Part shown: positions 38,826 through 48,537 of the stretch, piece after piece
Position numbering within the stretch: position 1 is the stretch's first letter
Layout: every line of letters begins with the position of its first letter
The notes under the pieces: model-generated
What the model was told of the DNA's origin: nothing
Seen by the model: the letters and a program-made list of their open reading frames with translations, nothing else
Database searches by the model: none
From: Bacilli bacterium
GTDB taxonomy: Bacteria; Bacillota_I; Bacilli_A; RF39; UBA660
DNA length: 64,000 nt
Direction: 5' to 3'
NCBI GenBank assembly: GCA_017511375.1
Contig: JAFWKJ010000018.1
Location: forward strand, 1,312-65,311
Program-made: the position numbers and the translations under genes

Positions 38826-40154
38826 TCATTCGATCTCTTTTTTATTTTCTTTATTTAATTCATTTTCTAAATCTTTTTTACTTTTGTTACGAATTATTTT
38901 TCTATAAATTGGTACCAGTTTTGTAAATACAAAGTAGAATAACGGATTGGTAATATAATCCCATTCTCCGATAAATTCTACATAATCTCCACCAAATTTC
39001 TTTTTAAATTCATGCAATCCTAATCGTGGATTGTTTTTTGATAAGTCTCCGATTGTACCAAATTGATCATAGATTTCTATGCCTTTGTTTTTACAATATT
39101 TAATATGTTCAAAATAAGTACTATAATTCACATATGTTTCACTTAATATGTTGTGATTACCAGCATACAAAACCCAAGCTTTGTTTCCATATTCAATAAT
39201 CATATGAGCACTTAGTGTAACTTCATTTCCATATTGTGTTTTTGCTTCTTTATACTTTTCTATTTCTGCCAGTACGTTTTCTTTTTGTCTTGTAAGTTCT
39301 TCTAGTTTTGCCTTGGCACTTTTACTTAGGTTATCGATTGGTAAAATAGAAATTTGATCATTAATTGTTTTTTGATTTTTTTCTAAAGCTTTTATTGTTT
39401 TTTGAAAGTTGATTTTTCCTAAGAATAAGGTGGCTTTAGAAGATGGATTTCCATTAAATATTTCATATAATGTTTCATAGTAATCTTCGTTGTATGAAAT
39501 AAAGTCTTTTCTTGATTCTGTTAGAGTCATTAAATAATAAAAATCTTTTAAATCTTTTTTTGTTCCTATTACTACCTCAGTATTTAACTTTTCTGCTTTG
39601 GCGATTCTTTGTTTTGTTGTCTTTGAAAAATGATTTTCAATCTCTTCTAAATCTTGGGTTAAATCAATTCTAAAAGTATAGCGTGGTTGCATTGTTTCAA
39701 AGTTTTTTGTATATCCTTGATGTTTAAAACCGCAAGATTTTAGTGTTTGAAAAATCGTATCATAATCTGGGTTTTCTGTTTTTTCATTTTGGTAGTTGGT
39801 TGACTCCTTGATAATATCTGGGTCTATTTTAACAAAGATTGCTTTTTTGCTTTTGGCAAAAGCTACAACTTTTTTGGTCATTTCTCGCACTAAATCTTTT
39901 CTTTTATAATCAATGACAAAACCTCTTGGTGCATAAAAATAACACTTGTTCATTGGTAATTTTTTTTCTAGGAGTAAAACGGATGCCAAGATTTCATCCT
40001 CTTCATTTACTAATCCTAAATAGTAAGGAGTAAGGTTTTTCTTAATTTTGGAAAATTCTCCCCATGAAAGAGATTGTAAAAAGTGAGATTTTGTCTTATG
40101 GTTTCTAACAAATTCGTCAAATTTTTCCTTTTCTAGATTTTTTAGTTTAAGCAT
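38826..40154 (-). CDS. FemABX/MurM family peptidoglycan bridge peptidyltransferase
   Basis: HFLQS..W, YAPRG, KIDP, QPRY, coiled-coil arm and GL..FK..FGG...E.IGE motifs. Confidence 0.93.
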   Translation of the reverse strand: MLKLKNLEKEKFDEFVRNHKTKSHFLQSLSWGEFSKIKKNLTPYYLGLVNEEDEILASVLLLEKKLPMNKCYFYAPRGFVIDYKRKDLVREMTKKVVAFAKSKKAIFVKIDPDIIKESTNYQNEKTENPDYDTIFQTLKSCGFKHQGYTKNFETMQPRYTFRIDLTQDLEEIENHFSKTTKQRIAKAEKLNTEVVIGTKKDLKDFYYLMTLTESRKDFISYNEDYYETLYEIFNGNPSSKATLFLGKINFQKTIKALEKNQKTINDQISILPIDNLSKSAKAKLEELTRQKENVLAEIEKYKEAKTQYGNEVTLSAHMIIEYGNKAWVLYAGNHNILSETYVNYSTYFEHIKYCKNKGIEIYDQFGTIGDLSKNNPRLGLHEFKKKFGGDYVEFIGEWDYITNPLFYFVFTKLVPIYRKIIRNKSKKDLENELNKENKKEIE

Positions 40155-40198
40155 TTGATTGACCTCGCTTCCTCATTCATTAGTATATCATAATCCTA

Positions 40199-40354
40199 TT
40201 AGATAATGTAGTAATTATCATCTTTTTCTAGGTAGTTTTTTTCGCTCTTTATATTTAACTTCTCTATTGTGTTTTCAATACGCATTAATTGCTCTCTGAT
40301 GCATTTTAATTCTTCTATTACAGGTTGTATAGGATAAAATGGATAGGGGTTCAT
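40199..40354 (-). CDS. Small hypothetical protein (51 aa), below the ORF-track cutoff
   Basis: MNPYPFYPIQPVIEELKCIREQLMRIENTIEKLNIKSEKNYLEKDDNYYII*; RBS AGAAGTGA; fills the intergenic gap. Confidence 0.65.
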   Translation of the reverse strand: MNPYPFYPIQPVIEELKCIREQLMRIENTIEKLNIKSEKNYLEKDDNYYII

Positions 40355-40424
40355 ATTATCACTTCTTTCTCTTTATTTTATGTATTCTTTTGGGTTCTGT
40401 GATAAAATATCTACAGGTGATAGT

Positions 40425-41063
40425 ATGCGTCTTAGAAATGTGAAAAATAAAGAAGAAATCATGAATCAATCTACTTGTTTGATTCGTAATCCTGAAGAGT
40501 ACTTTGGAAAATGGAAACAAGTGTTTTCTAATTCTCATCCCATCTATGTAGAAATTGGAATGGGGAAAGGACAATTTATTATTCAAAATGCCTTGGCACA
40601 TCCAGAAAACAATTATATAGGAATTGAAAAATATGATAGTGTTATGGCGAAGGCACTTCTAAAAGTACCAGAGGGAATTCCTAATTTAAAGATGGTACGA
40701 GCAGATGCTCTATCGATTGATAAAATATTTGATCATGAAATTAATGGGATTTATTTAAACTTTTCGGATCCGTGGCCTAAAAAAAGACATCACTTGAGAC
40801 GTTTGTCTAGTCGCGTTTTTTTAGAGAAGTATGACTCTATCTTTCAAAAAGAACCATGGATTGAAATGAGGACGGATAATCGAGAACTATTTCAATATTC
40901 TTTAGTTAGTTTTAGTTCCTTTGGGTATACGCTGGAAGATGTGTCACTTAACTTACATCAAGATCAAATGCCAACCATTACAACAGAGTATGAAGATAAG
41001 TTTTCTAACAAGAATATGCCTATCTATTTTGTAAGGTGTACGAAAGTGTTAAAAACAAGGTAA
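40425..41063 (+). CDS. trmB: tRNA (guanine-N7)-methyltransferase
   Basis: EIGMGKG, LNFSDPWPK.RH..RRL, TDN and TEYE.KF motifs; start MRLRN at 40425. Confidence 0.96.
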   Translation: MRLRNVKNKEEIMNQSTCLIRNPEEYFGKWKQVFSNSHPIYVEIGMGKGQFIIQNALAHPENNYIGIEKYDSVMAKALLKVPEGIPNLKMVRADALSIDKIFDHEINGIYLNFSDPWPKKRHHLRRLSSRVFLEKYDSIFQKEPWIEMRTDNRELFQYSLVSFSSFGYTLEDVSLNLHQDQMPTITTEYEDKFSNKNMPIYFVRCTKVLKTR

Positions 41064-41127
41064 ATTCACGTAAAAACATTTTGTATTTATGAAAATAATG
41101 ATATAATGAAAAGAGAGTAGGTGAAAT

Positions 41128-41787
41128 ATGAAAAAAATAATTGTTTTACTCTCTGTTACGGTTTTATTATTGACGGGATGTAGTGTTTATCGTTTAGATT
41201 CTAAGGATTTTGAGAAGAATGTTGACTATTTATTATCTAAGAATTCTAAATTATATAATGTTTATTATGATGGGTATAAGTATTATTTGCCTAAGGGTAT
41301 TTCTTTTGTTTCAAAAGATGAATATAATGCCTTATTAATGGATCAAAATCAGAATGAATACTATTTGTATGTAGATGCGATTAGTTATTATCATAAGGTA
41401 AAAAACGATTATGAAGTAAATGAGTCATCTTATTATTCTGACTATATTGATTATCGCCATAAAAATGGATACTTGCAAATTGATAAAGATGAAGGAAAAT
41501 ACTTTATTCAGTTTGTTTATAACTATGTTAAAATTGAAGCATATGTTCCAGAAGAAGATCTTGTAGATTCTATTACTAATATGTGTTATATATTGCGTTC
41601 TGTGAAGTTTAATGATTCTGTTCTTAGCAGTTTAATTGGTGAGAATGTTTTGAACTATCAAGAAGAAGATTATAATTTATTTAAAGCTGATTCTAGTAAG
41701 GAATCTTATATGGACGTTGCGAAAAGAAATGAAAATGAGGATTATTCTAAATATTTAGAGGATGAAAAAATCAATTTAGATTACTAA
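41128..41787 (+). CDS. Hypothetical lipoprotein
   Basis: Lipobox LTGC; 219 aa Tyr-rich ORF. Confidence 0.75.
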   Translation: MKKIIVLLSVTVLLLTGCSVYRLDSKDFEKNVDYLLSKNSKLYNVYYDGYKYYLPKGISFVSKDEYNALLMDQNQNEYYLYVDAISYYHKVKNDYEVNESSYYSDYIDYRHKNGYLQIDKDEGKYFIQFVYNYVKIEAYVPEEDLVDSITNMCYILRSVKFNDSVLSSLIGENVLNYQEEDYNLFKADSSKESYMDVAKRNENEDYSKYLEDEKINLDY

Positions 41788-41800
41788 AAGAGGTGAACTC

Positions 41801-43045
41801 ATGGGTGTATTAGATAAAATAAAAAATGCTCTTTTTGAGGTCGAATATGTGGAAGTAGAAGATAAAAAAGAAAAGAAACGTGCGGCTAAAGAGCAAGCTG
41901 ATGAGCAAAATGAAGCGGAAAAACCAATCGCTAAAAAGATTGTTTTACCAGGTAAAAAAGAAGAAAAAGTTCAAGAAATACAGGAAGAAGAATTAAAGGA
42001 TGAAGATTTTGAAATACGACCAAAAGATGAAAAAGTAAAGGAAGTATTCCAAGATAATTTCAATGTAATGGATGATGATCCTGTTGAAAATGTTCCTGCA
42101 CCAGTTCCTCCTGTTGCGGCTCCTCCTGTTGAGGTCCCTCAAGAAGTTGTTGTTGAACCTGTTACTGAAAACAGTTCTGTAGATATTACTCCTCTTGTGG
42201 AGCCAAGTGCTGTACAGGCCATTCCTGTCTATCGAGAGAACAATTATACAGAAAAAGATTACGTTCGTGAGTATGATTCCAGCAAAGAGAAAGTTTATAA
42301 CACGATTAATACAATTTATAATGATTATCGAGTTAAAACAAAAGAAAGTAAGCCATATGGAATGGATCCTTCTTATCATGTTTCTATTAAAGAATATGGT
42401 AGTGTTAGTAGAGATGAGAAAGGGAACTTTAGACCTAGTCCTATCCTATCTCCTATTTATGGTATCTTAGATAAGAATTATCGAAAAGAAGATGTTGTGA
42501 GTAAAAGAGATGTTCATTCTAGTTATGCAAAGACGAATGCAAATGTAGATGACGTTCGGGATAAGGCTTATGGAAGTAAAGAGGAAGAAGAAATTCCTGA
42601 AGTTCCTAAAACAAGACCTGCTTTTTTAGAACCTGTTGAGAAAAATGAAGAAGATGAAAACCTATTGGTTGATTTAACAGATGAGAAGAAACCTGAATTA
42701 AAAGAAATTACTGTGGGAGATGCCATGGAGTATTATCATGATTTGGGGCTTGAATATAATGTAGATTATGTAGATGCAAGTGGTAAAAATCAACCTCAAC
42801 CTTCTGATGATTTAGAAGAGGATATTAAAGATACAATGGATAACTCTGATGAGGAACCAGTTATGGAAAAGACGATGGATATTCCTGTTGAGGAAATTAA
42901 TACACAACCTGTTGTGGAAGAAAAAGAAGAAATACCTGTTGTAGAAGAAGTGAAGGAAGATCATCCAGAGAAAGAATCAACCCTTGATGATGATGACAAC
43001 TTGTTTGATTTAATCGATTCAATGTATAAAGAAGAAGAAAAATAG
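41801..43045 (+). CDS. Hypothetical acidic, largely disordered protein
   Basis: 414 aa E/D/P-rich ORF; amphipathic N-terminus; FRPSPILSPIYG island. Confidence 0.7.
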   Translation: MGVLDKIKNALFEVEYVEVEDKKEKKRAAKEQADEQNEAEKPIAKKIVLPGKKEEKVQEIQEEELKDEDFEIRPKDEKVKEVFQDNFNVMDDDPVENVPAPVPPVAAPPVEVPQEVVVEPVTENSSVDITPLVEPSAVQAIPVYRENNYTEKDYVREYDSSKEKVYNTINTIYNDYRVKTKESKPYGMDPSYHVSIKEYGSVSRDEKGNFRPSPILSPIYGILDKNYRKEDVVSKRDVHSSYAKTNANVDDVRDKAYGSKEEEEIPEVPKTRPAFLEPVEKNEEDENLLVDLTDEKKPELKEITVGDAMEYYHDLGLEYNVDYVDASGKNQPQPSDDLEEDIKDTMDNSDEEPVMEKTMDIPVEEINTQPVVEEKEEIPVVEEVKEDHPEKESTLDDDDNLFDLIDSMYKEEEK

Positions 43046-43057
43046 AAAGGAGAGAAT

Positions 43058-43357
43058 ATGGAGGCTTTTGTAAATGTATTTTTGCCAGTAATATTATATA
43101 TAGTTGCAATCATACTATTAATTATCCTAATTGTTGTTGCGTTACGATTACTTAAAATCTTGGATAAAGTTGATAAAATTGTAGATAATATTGATGACAA
43201 GGTAAATGCTTTTAACAATATCTTTACTGTGTTTGGAAATGCAGCTGATAAAGTTTCAAGCATTACGGATAGTTTTGTGTTTGCTGCAAGTTCGGCAATT
43301 GCAAAGATATTTGGAAAGTTTAAAGGAAAATATAAAGAGGAGGAAGATTATGAATAA
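43058..43357 (+). CDS. DUF948/YtxG-like membrane protein
   Basis: N-terminal TM plus coiled coil, immediately before the YtxH gene. Confidence 0.65.
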   Translation: MEAFVNVFLPVILYIVAIILLIILIVVALRLLKILDKVDKIVDNIDDKVNAFNNIFTVFGNAADKVSSITDSFVFAASSAIAKIFGKFKGKYKEEEDYE

Positions 43358-43751
43358 TAAATCAGGAATTGGAAAATTTATAGCAGGAGCAGCTATAGGA
43401 TTAGGATTGGGAGTTTTATTTGCTCCTAAGTCTGGAGAAGAAACTAGAAAGGATCTTAAAGCAAAACTTGATAATTTGATTGAACAAGCTAAAAATGTTG
43501 ATATTGAAGAAGTAAAAAAAGATATTACTAGAAGAGTAGAAGATATCAAAATGGAATTAGTGGATCTTGATAAAGAAAAGGCTCTAGAGATTGCTAAGGA
43601 AAAAGGAGAAGCTTTGAAGGTAAAGGCACAAGAATTAGTTGCTGTAGCAAAAGAAAAGGGAACTCCTGCCTTAAAGAAAGCTGCTAATGATGTATTAGAA
43701 AGTATTATTAAGATTTCTAAAGATACACAAAAGAAATTATCTGCAAAGTAA
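43350..43751 (+). CDS. ytxH: YtxH domain protein
   Basis: FIAGAAIG...GVLFAPKSGEETR motif; true start at ATG 43350 after GAGGAGG. Confidence 0.88.
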   Translation: MNNKSGIGKFIAGAAIGLGLGVLFAPKSGEETRKDLKAKLDNLIEQAKNVDIEEVKKDITRRVEDIKMELVDLDKEKALEIAKEKGEALKVKAQELVAVAKEKGTPALKKAANDVLESIIKISKDTQKKLSAK

Positions 43752-43804
43752 AAAGTCAAATTTTTTGACTTTTTTTCTTTTGCGTGATATAGTATCTTTG
43801 TAAT

Positions 43805-44002
43805 TTTTGATGATTCATAAACAAGTAGTACGTGTATTTATTTTAGAGACTTAGTGGTTGGTGAAAACTAAGAGAATATAACGTATGAATTACATTATGA
43901 GGAGAAGAATCGTTTGCCGCGTTAAGGCATAGAGTGCATGTTTAACATGAAATAAGGTGGTACCGCGAAAATTCGTCCTTAGTGATGATTTTCGCGTTTT
44001 TT
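43805..44002 (+). promoter_or_regulatory. T-box riboswitch (Tyr) with intrinsic terminator
   Basis: AGAGA and GGTGAAA motifs, specifier TAC at 43891-43893, AAGGTGGTACCGCG; terminator CGCGAAAAT(43964)/ATTTTCGCG(43988) plus T6; promoter TTGACT-17-TATAGT at 43765-43793. Confidence 0.94.
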
Positions 44003-44015
44003 GTTATAAGGAGGG

Positions 44016-44567
44016 ATGCTTTTGCATACTGAATATGAGGTCCGTATCTTGGAAATTGATCGAAAAGATTTTGAAAAACGATTAGAGAAACTTCATGCAA
44101 AATTTTGTTGGGATCATGTGCAAAAAAGATATGTATATGATTTTCATCCCAAAGAGAAAAGCAAATGGATTCGTCTTCGAACCAATGGAGAAAAGACGAC
44201 ACTTACGATAAAGAATTTAGTTACTTCTGAAATAGATGGAACGCAAGAGCTAGAATTAGAAGTGGATAACTTTGATCGTTGTAATTTGTTGTTAAAAGAA
44301 CTAGGCTATGAACCTAAAGGATATCAAGAAAATAGAAGAGTTCAATATGAAATCAATGGAGTCGAAGTGGATATCGATGATTGGCCTAAGATTCCTACTT
44401 ATGTAGAAATTGAAGGGGCTTCGGAAGAGGCTGTATACAATGTGGTAGAAGCACTTGGATATACAAAAGAAGAGTGTACTACAAGAGATGTGGAAGGAAT
44501 CTATTTAGATTATGGTTTTCATCTTAATGAAATTTATCAATTAGAATTGGAGGAGGAAAGAAAATGA
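44016..44567 (+). CDS. CYTH domain (triphosphate tunnel) protein
   Basis: EYEVR, WIRLR, LTIK, E.ELEV, ENRR, DID.W and YVEIEG motifs. Confidence 0.9.
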   Translation: MLLHTEYEVRILEIDRKDFEKRLEKLHAKFCWDHVQKRYVYDFHPKEKSKWIRLRTNGEKTTLTIKNLVTSEIDGTQELELEVDNFDRCNLLLKELGYEPKGYQENRRVQYEINGVEVDIDDWPKIPTYVEIEGASEEAVYNVVEALGYTKEECTTRDVEGIYLDYGFHLNEIYQLELEEERK

Positions 44568-45796
44568 CATGTTTTGAAGATTTAATGTATAGGGGTTTAA
44601 TTAAGGATGTTGCGAGTGAAAATATTGAAGAGGTATTAAATGGGGAACCTATTTCCTTTTATTGGGGAACAGATCCTACGGCTGATTCACTAACCGTGGG
44701 TCATTATTCTAGTTTAATAACAGCTAAAAGACTTGCAAAATATGGACATCATCCTATTTTACTTGTTGGAGGAGCTACTGGATTAATTGGAGATCCTAGA
44801 CCAACCGCAGAAAGAGAAATCATTTCTAAAGAAACCTTAGATGGTTATTTTGAATGTATTAAGAAGCAAGTGACAGATATCTTTGATGGAAATGTAGAAC
44901 TTGTGAATAATTATGATTGGTTTAAAGATATCTCTTGGATTGACTTTTTAAGAGATGTTGGTAAGTATATCAATGTGAATTATATGTTGAATAAAGATAT
45001 TATTTCTAGAAGATTAGAAAGTGGTATTACCTTTGCAGAATTTGCTTACACATTGATGCAAGGATATGATTATTTATATTTAAATGAAACTAAGGATGTT
45101 ACGTTACAATGTGCCGGAAGTGACCAGTGGGGTAATATTACGACAGGTGTTGAATTAATCAATAAGAAGCTAGGAAAGCAAGTGAATGCTTTCACAATGC
45201 CACTTATTGTAGATTCGGCTGGAAAGAAAATTGGTAAGAGTGAAGGAAACGCTATTTGGCTTGATAAAAATAAGACTTCTTCTTATGAGTTATATCAGTA
45301 CTTTATTAATACGACAGATGATAAAGTTTATGAATACTTAAAGGTTTTCACTTTCTTAACAAAAGATGAAATTGAAGATATTATGAAGAGACATAATGAG
45401 AAACCAGAAGAAAGACTTGCACAAAAGACATTGGCGAAAGAAATTGTGGTAGATTTACATGGAGAAGAAGAATATAATAAAGCCTTAAAAATCACAGAAT
45501 CTTTATTTAGTGGGGATATTAAAAATTTTACTGCGAAAGAAGTAGAAATGGCTTTTAAAGGATTGGATTCTTTCCTAGTAGAAGAAGATTTAAATGTGGT
45601 AGATTTATTAGTTAACAGTGGTGTTTGTTCTAGTAAACGTGAGGCTCGTGAATTTGTATCTAATTCTTCTATTACTATTAATGGGGATAAAGTTACTGAT
45701 TTAGAGTTTGTTTTAACGCGTGATAAATGTATTGATTCTAAATATGTTGTCATTCGTAGAGGAAAGAAAAAATACTATTTAGGAACTTATAAATAA
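44564..45796 (+). CDS. tyrS: Tyrosine--tRNA ligase
   Basis: G.DPTADSL.VGH, Q.YD, GSDQWGNI and KIGKS motifs; S4-like C-terminus. Confidence 0.98.
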   Translation: MTCFEDLMYRGLIKDVASENIEEVLNGEPISFYWGTDPTADSLTVGHYSSLITAKRLAKYGHHPILLVGGATGLIGDPRPTAEREIISKETLDGYFECIKKQVTDIFDGNVELVNNYDWFKDISWIDFLRDVGKYINVNYMLNKDIISRRLESGITFAEFAYTLMQGYDYLYLNETKDVTLQCAGSDQWGNITTGVELINKKLGKQVNAFTMPLIVDSAGKKIGKSEGNAIWLDKNKTSSYELYQYFINTTDDKVYEYLKVFTFLTKDEIEDIMKRHNEKPEERLAQKTLAKEIVVDLHGEEEYNKALKITESLFSGDIKNFTAKEVEMAFKGLDSFLVEEDLNVVDLLVNSGVCSSKREAREFVSNSSITINGDKVTDLEFVLTRDKCIDSKYVVIRRGKKKYYLGTYK

Positions 45797-45881
45797 AAAA
45801 GAAAATAGAAATATTTTCTTTTTTTATTGGGTAGATAAATCCTCTTGTTTTTGGTAAAATAAAAAAGTAAGGAGGCAGACT

Positions 45882-47081
45882 ATGAATCGTAAAAAAGTTA
45901 AAAAGTTGAAAGTGATTTCTTTTGTTTTGATTTTCTTATTAGTGTGTGAATGTATCTATGTGGGATATCATTTGCTTTTTAAAAGCGAAAAGTCTGTTTA
46001 TTTTGAAGGGGTTAATGCAATAGAATATGCTGATAAATATTTCATTACTGTTGGTAGTAACAATGATAATGAGTTGTTCTTTGAGAAGGCGAAAATTTCT
46101 AAATATAATAATAAAAGAGAAAAAACTTTTGAGAAGTTATATAATGTAGGATTTAATAGTTCTTTCTTTGGGGTGGCCATAGATGGAACTGATTTTGTAA
46201 CTGTTGGAAGTTATGAAAAAACAGAGAGAGATCATGAAGAACTTATTAGAAGAGCTATTATTGTGAAATATGATAAAGAGGGAAATGTTTTGTTTGAAAA
46301 GGACTTTAGTCTTTTAGATAACTCTAAGTTTACTAGTGTTTTGGTAGTGGATGATGGTTATTATGTAACGGGACAAAGTGTTTATCGAAATACGCGAGTT
46401 GGTAATAAAGAGGGAGGAGCCATCTTAGCTAAGTATAGTAAAGAGGGGGAATTACTTTGGTATCGGACCTATGGAAGTAATAAGAGTGCTATCTTTAATG
46501 ATTTTATTGTTTATAATAATTCTATTTATACAGTTGGTACAGATGATGATTATATAGGGATTATTGTTCAGTATGATTTGGATGGTAATTATATTTCTTA
46601 TAATGATTATCATACAACGGATTCTTTAGGCTTTAGTGGTATTACTGCCTATGGGGATTTCATTTATATATGTGGGGCTCTTCGTAGAAGCAATAATGAT
46701 ACCGATGGGATGATTGTCCGTTATAATTTGGATTGTGTTTATTTGGATCAAGTTGTTTATACGGGAGATGGCATCGAAAGATTTAATAAAGTATTGATGG
46801 ATGATCAAGAACATTTAGTTGTGATTGGTACTATGGCTATTGCCAAAGAGCAAGGGGGTATTACAGAGTATAATTATGATGGAATTCTTGCGAAGTATGA
46901 TTTGGACTTAAAGAAAATTGATTCTATTTCTTATGGAGCGGATCGAGATGATTATTTTACAGATATTTTATATCATGACAATGAATATCTTGTGGCAGGC
47001 TATTCTTATTATGAAGATGGAAGCTATATGAGTAAATTTATTCGTTATAGTAAAGCCTTGAAAGTATTAGGTGTTGAGTGA
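45882..47081 (+). CDS. Membrane-anchored beta-propeller-like repeat protein
   Basis: TM followed by repeated F..V....G....I.KYD..G blades. Confidence 0.7.
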   Translation: MNRKKVKKLKVISFVLIFLLVCECIYVGYHLLFKSEKSVYFEGVNAIEYADKYFITVGSNNDNELFFEKAKISKYNNKREKTFEKLYNVGFNSSFFGVAIDGTDFVTVGSYEKTERDHEELIRRAIIVKYDKEGNVLFEKDFSLLDNSKFTSVLVVDDGYYVTGQSVYRNTRVGNKEGGAILAKYSKEGELLWYRTYGSNKSAIFNDFIVYNNSIYTVGTDDDYIGIIVQYDLDGNYISYNDYHTTDSLGFSGITAYGDFIYICGALRRSNNDTDGMIVRYNLDCVYLDQVVYTGDGIERFNKVLMDDQEHLVVIGTMAIAKEQGGITEYNYDGILAKYDLDLKKIDSISYGADRDDYFTDILYHDNEYLVAGYSYYEDGSYMSKFIRYSKALKVLGVE

Positions 47082-47614
47082 TGAAAATTACATTGATTAG
47101 GCATGCCGAAACAGAAGAGAATTATTTAGGGAAAATTCAGGGTAGAAGTAATCCCTTGCTCAATGATACGGGAAGAAGACAAGTGCTTAGACTCAAAAAT
47201 AAATTGTCTGCTTTAAATTATGATTTGTGTTTTTGCTCTCCATTAATGAGATGTTTAGAGACTTCTATTGTTTTGGTAGGGGATCGGACAGAGATTGTTC
47301 GCGATGATCGTTTAATTGAAAGAGATATGGGAGAGTTGGAAGGTAGACCGAGAGAAGAGTATAATGCTTTTCAGTTTTGGAATTATGATAAGAATCGCTC
47401 TGATTATGGAATTGAACCTGTCCAAGACTTGTTTCAAAGATGTGAAGATTTGCTAAAGGAGTTAAAAGAGAAATATGACGACAAAAGTATCATGATTATT
47501 ACTCACTATGGTCCTTATCGCGCACTTAGACATTTATTATTGAAACATCCCTTGAAAGGGAATCTCTTAGATGGAAAGATAGATAATTGCTCTTGTGAGG
47601 AATTTGAAATATAA
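47078..47614 (+). CDS. Histidine phosphatase family protein
   Basis: RHAET, SPL.RC.ET, L.E.D.G..EG and ITH motifs. Confidence 0.9.
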   Translation: MMKITLIRHAETEENYLGKIQGRSNPLLNDTGRRQVLRLKNKLSALNYDLCFCSPLMRCLETSIVLVGDRTEIVRDDRLIERDMGELEGRPREEYNAFQFWNYDKNRSDYGIEPVQDLFQRCEDLLKELKEKYDDKSIMIITHYGPYRALRHLLLKHPLKGNLLDGKIDNCSCEEFEI

Positions 47615-47642
47615 AAAAAGAACTCTTAGGAGTTCTTTCTTT

Positions 47643-48245
47643 TTACTTATTATAGAATTCAACGATTAATGCTTCATTGATATCAGCATTAAGCTCATTT
47701 CTTTCAGGCATTCTAACGTAAGTGCATTCCTTTTTACCTTCATCATAACTGATATATTCCACTCTTTTTGTTACTTTTGATAAAGATTCAGCAACAACTT
47801 TTAAGTTCTTGTCATCTTCTTTAAGTGAAATTACATCTCCTGGCTTACATCTATATGATGGGATATTTACTTTCTTACCATTTACGGTTACATGTCCATG
47901 GTTTACTAATTGTCTAGCTCCACGACGAGTAGAAGCAAATCCTGTACGGAATGCTAAGTTATCAAGTCTTGATTCAAGTAATCTTAAGAAGTTATCACCT
48001 TGAATACCTTTCATCTTAGCAGCTTCTTCGAAAGTCTTTCTAAATTGTCTTTCATTTAGACCATACATGAAACGTACTTTTTGTTTCTCTTTTAATTGTG
48101 TACCATAATCTGATAATTTTCCTTTACGTTCATTTCCGTGTTGTCCTGGTCCATAAGGACGACGAGCTAATTCTTTTCCTGTTTCAGAAATTGAAAATCC
48201 AACACGACGAGCTTTCTTATAACTTGGTCCTGTATATCTTGCCAT
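47643..48245 (-). CDS. rpsD: 30S ribosomal protein S4
   Basis: MARYTGP, PGQHG, LESRLDN, ARQLVNHGH and IVEFY motifs. Confidence 0.99.
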   Translation of the reverse strand: MARYTGPSYKKARRVGFSISETGKELARRPYGPGQHGNERKGKLSDYGTQLKEKQKVRFMYGLNERQFRKTFEEAAKMKGIQGDNFLRLLESRLDNLAFRTGFASTRRGARQLVNHGHVTVNGKKVNIPSYRCKPGDVISLKEDDKNLKVVAESLSKVTKRVEYISYDEGKKECTYVRMPERNELNADINEALIVEFYNK

Positions 48246-48436
48246 ATTCTTTCTCCTTTCCTCTTATTACAAATCTTGAGGAGGATTGGTCATAAATTAG
48301 GGAGTTTTTATTCTTCTTTCACCTAACAGCACTTGTTACTTGATTTATGATTAAAAAACACGTTAATTTATTCCAAATCCCGCTGTATCAAGGAATTTGC
48401 ATTTTTAATTATATTTTATTATCGTTTATATGTCAA
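48246..48436 (-). promoter_or_regulatory. rpsD sigmaA promoter and long S4 autoregulatory-type leader
   Basis: Minus-strand TTGACA(48436-48431)-17-TATAAT(48413-48408); ~155 nt leader containing GTAAC..GCTG..AGGTGAA, resembling the Bacilli S4 leader. Confidence 0.7.
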
Positions 48437-48537
48437 GAATTTGTTGTCTTTTCTGTGTCTAATTACGAAACTTTTCCTAAAATGTAGAAATATGTATGTA
48501 AAATATGTTAAAATAGGGTTAGAATTGAGGTGATTGT

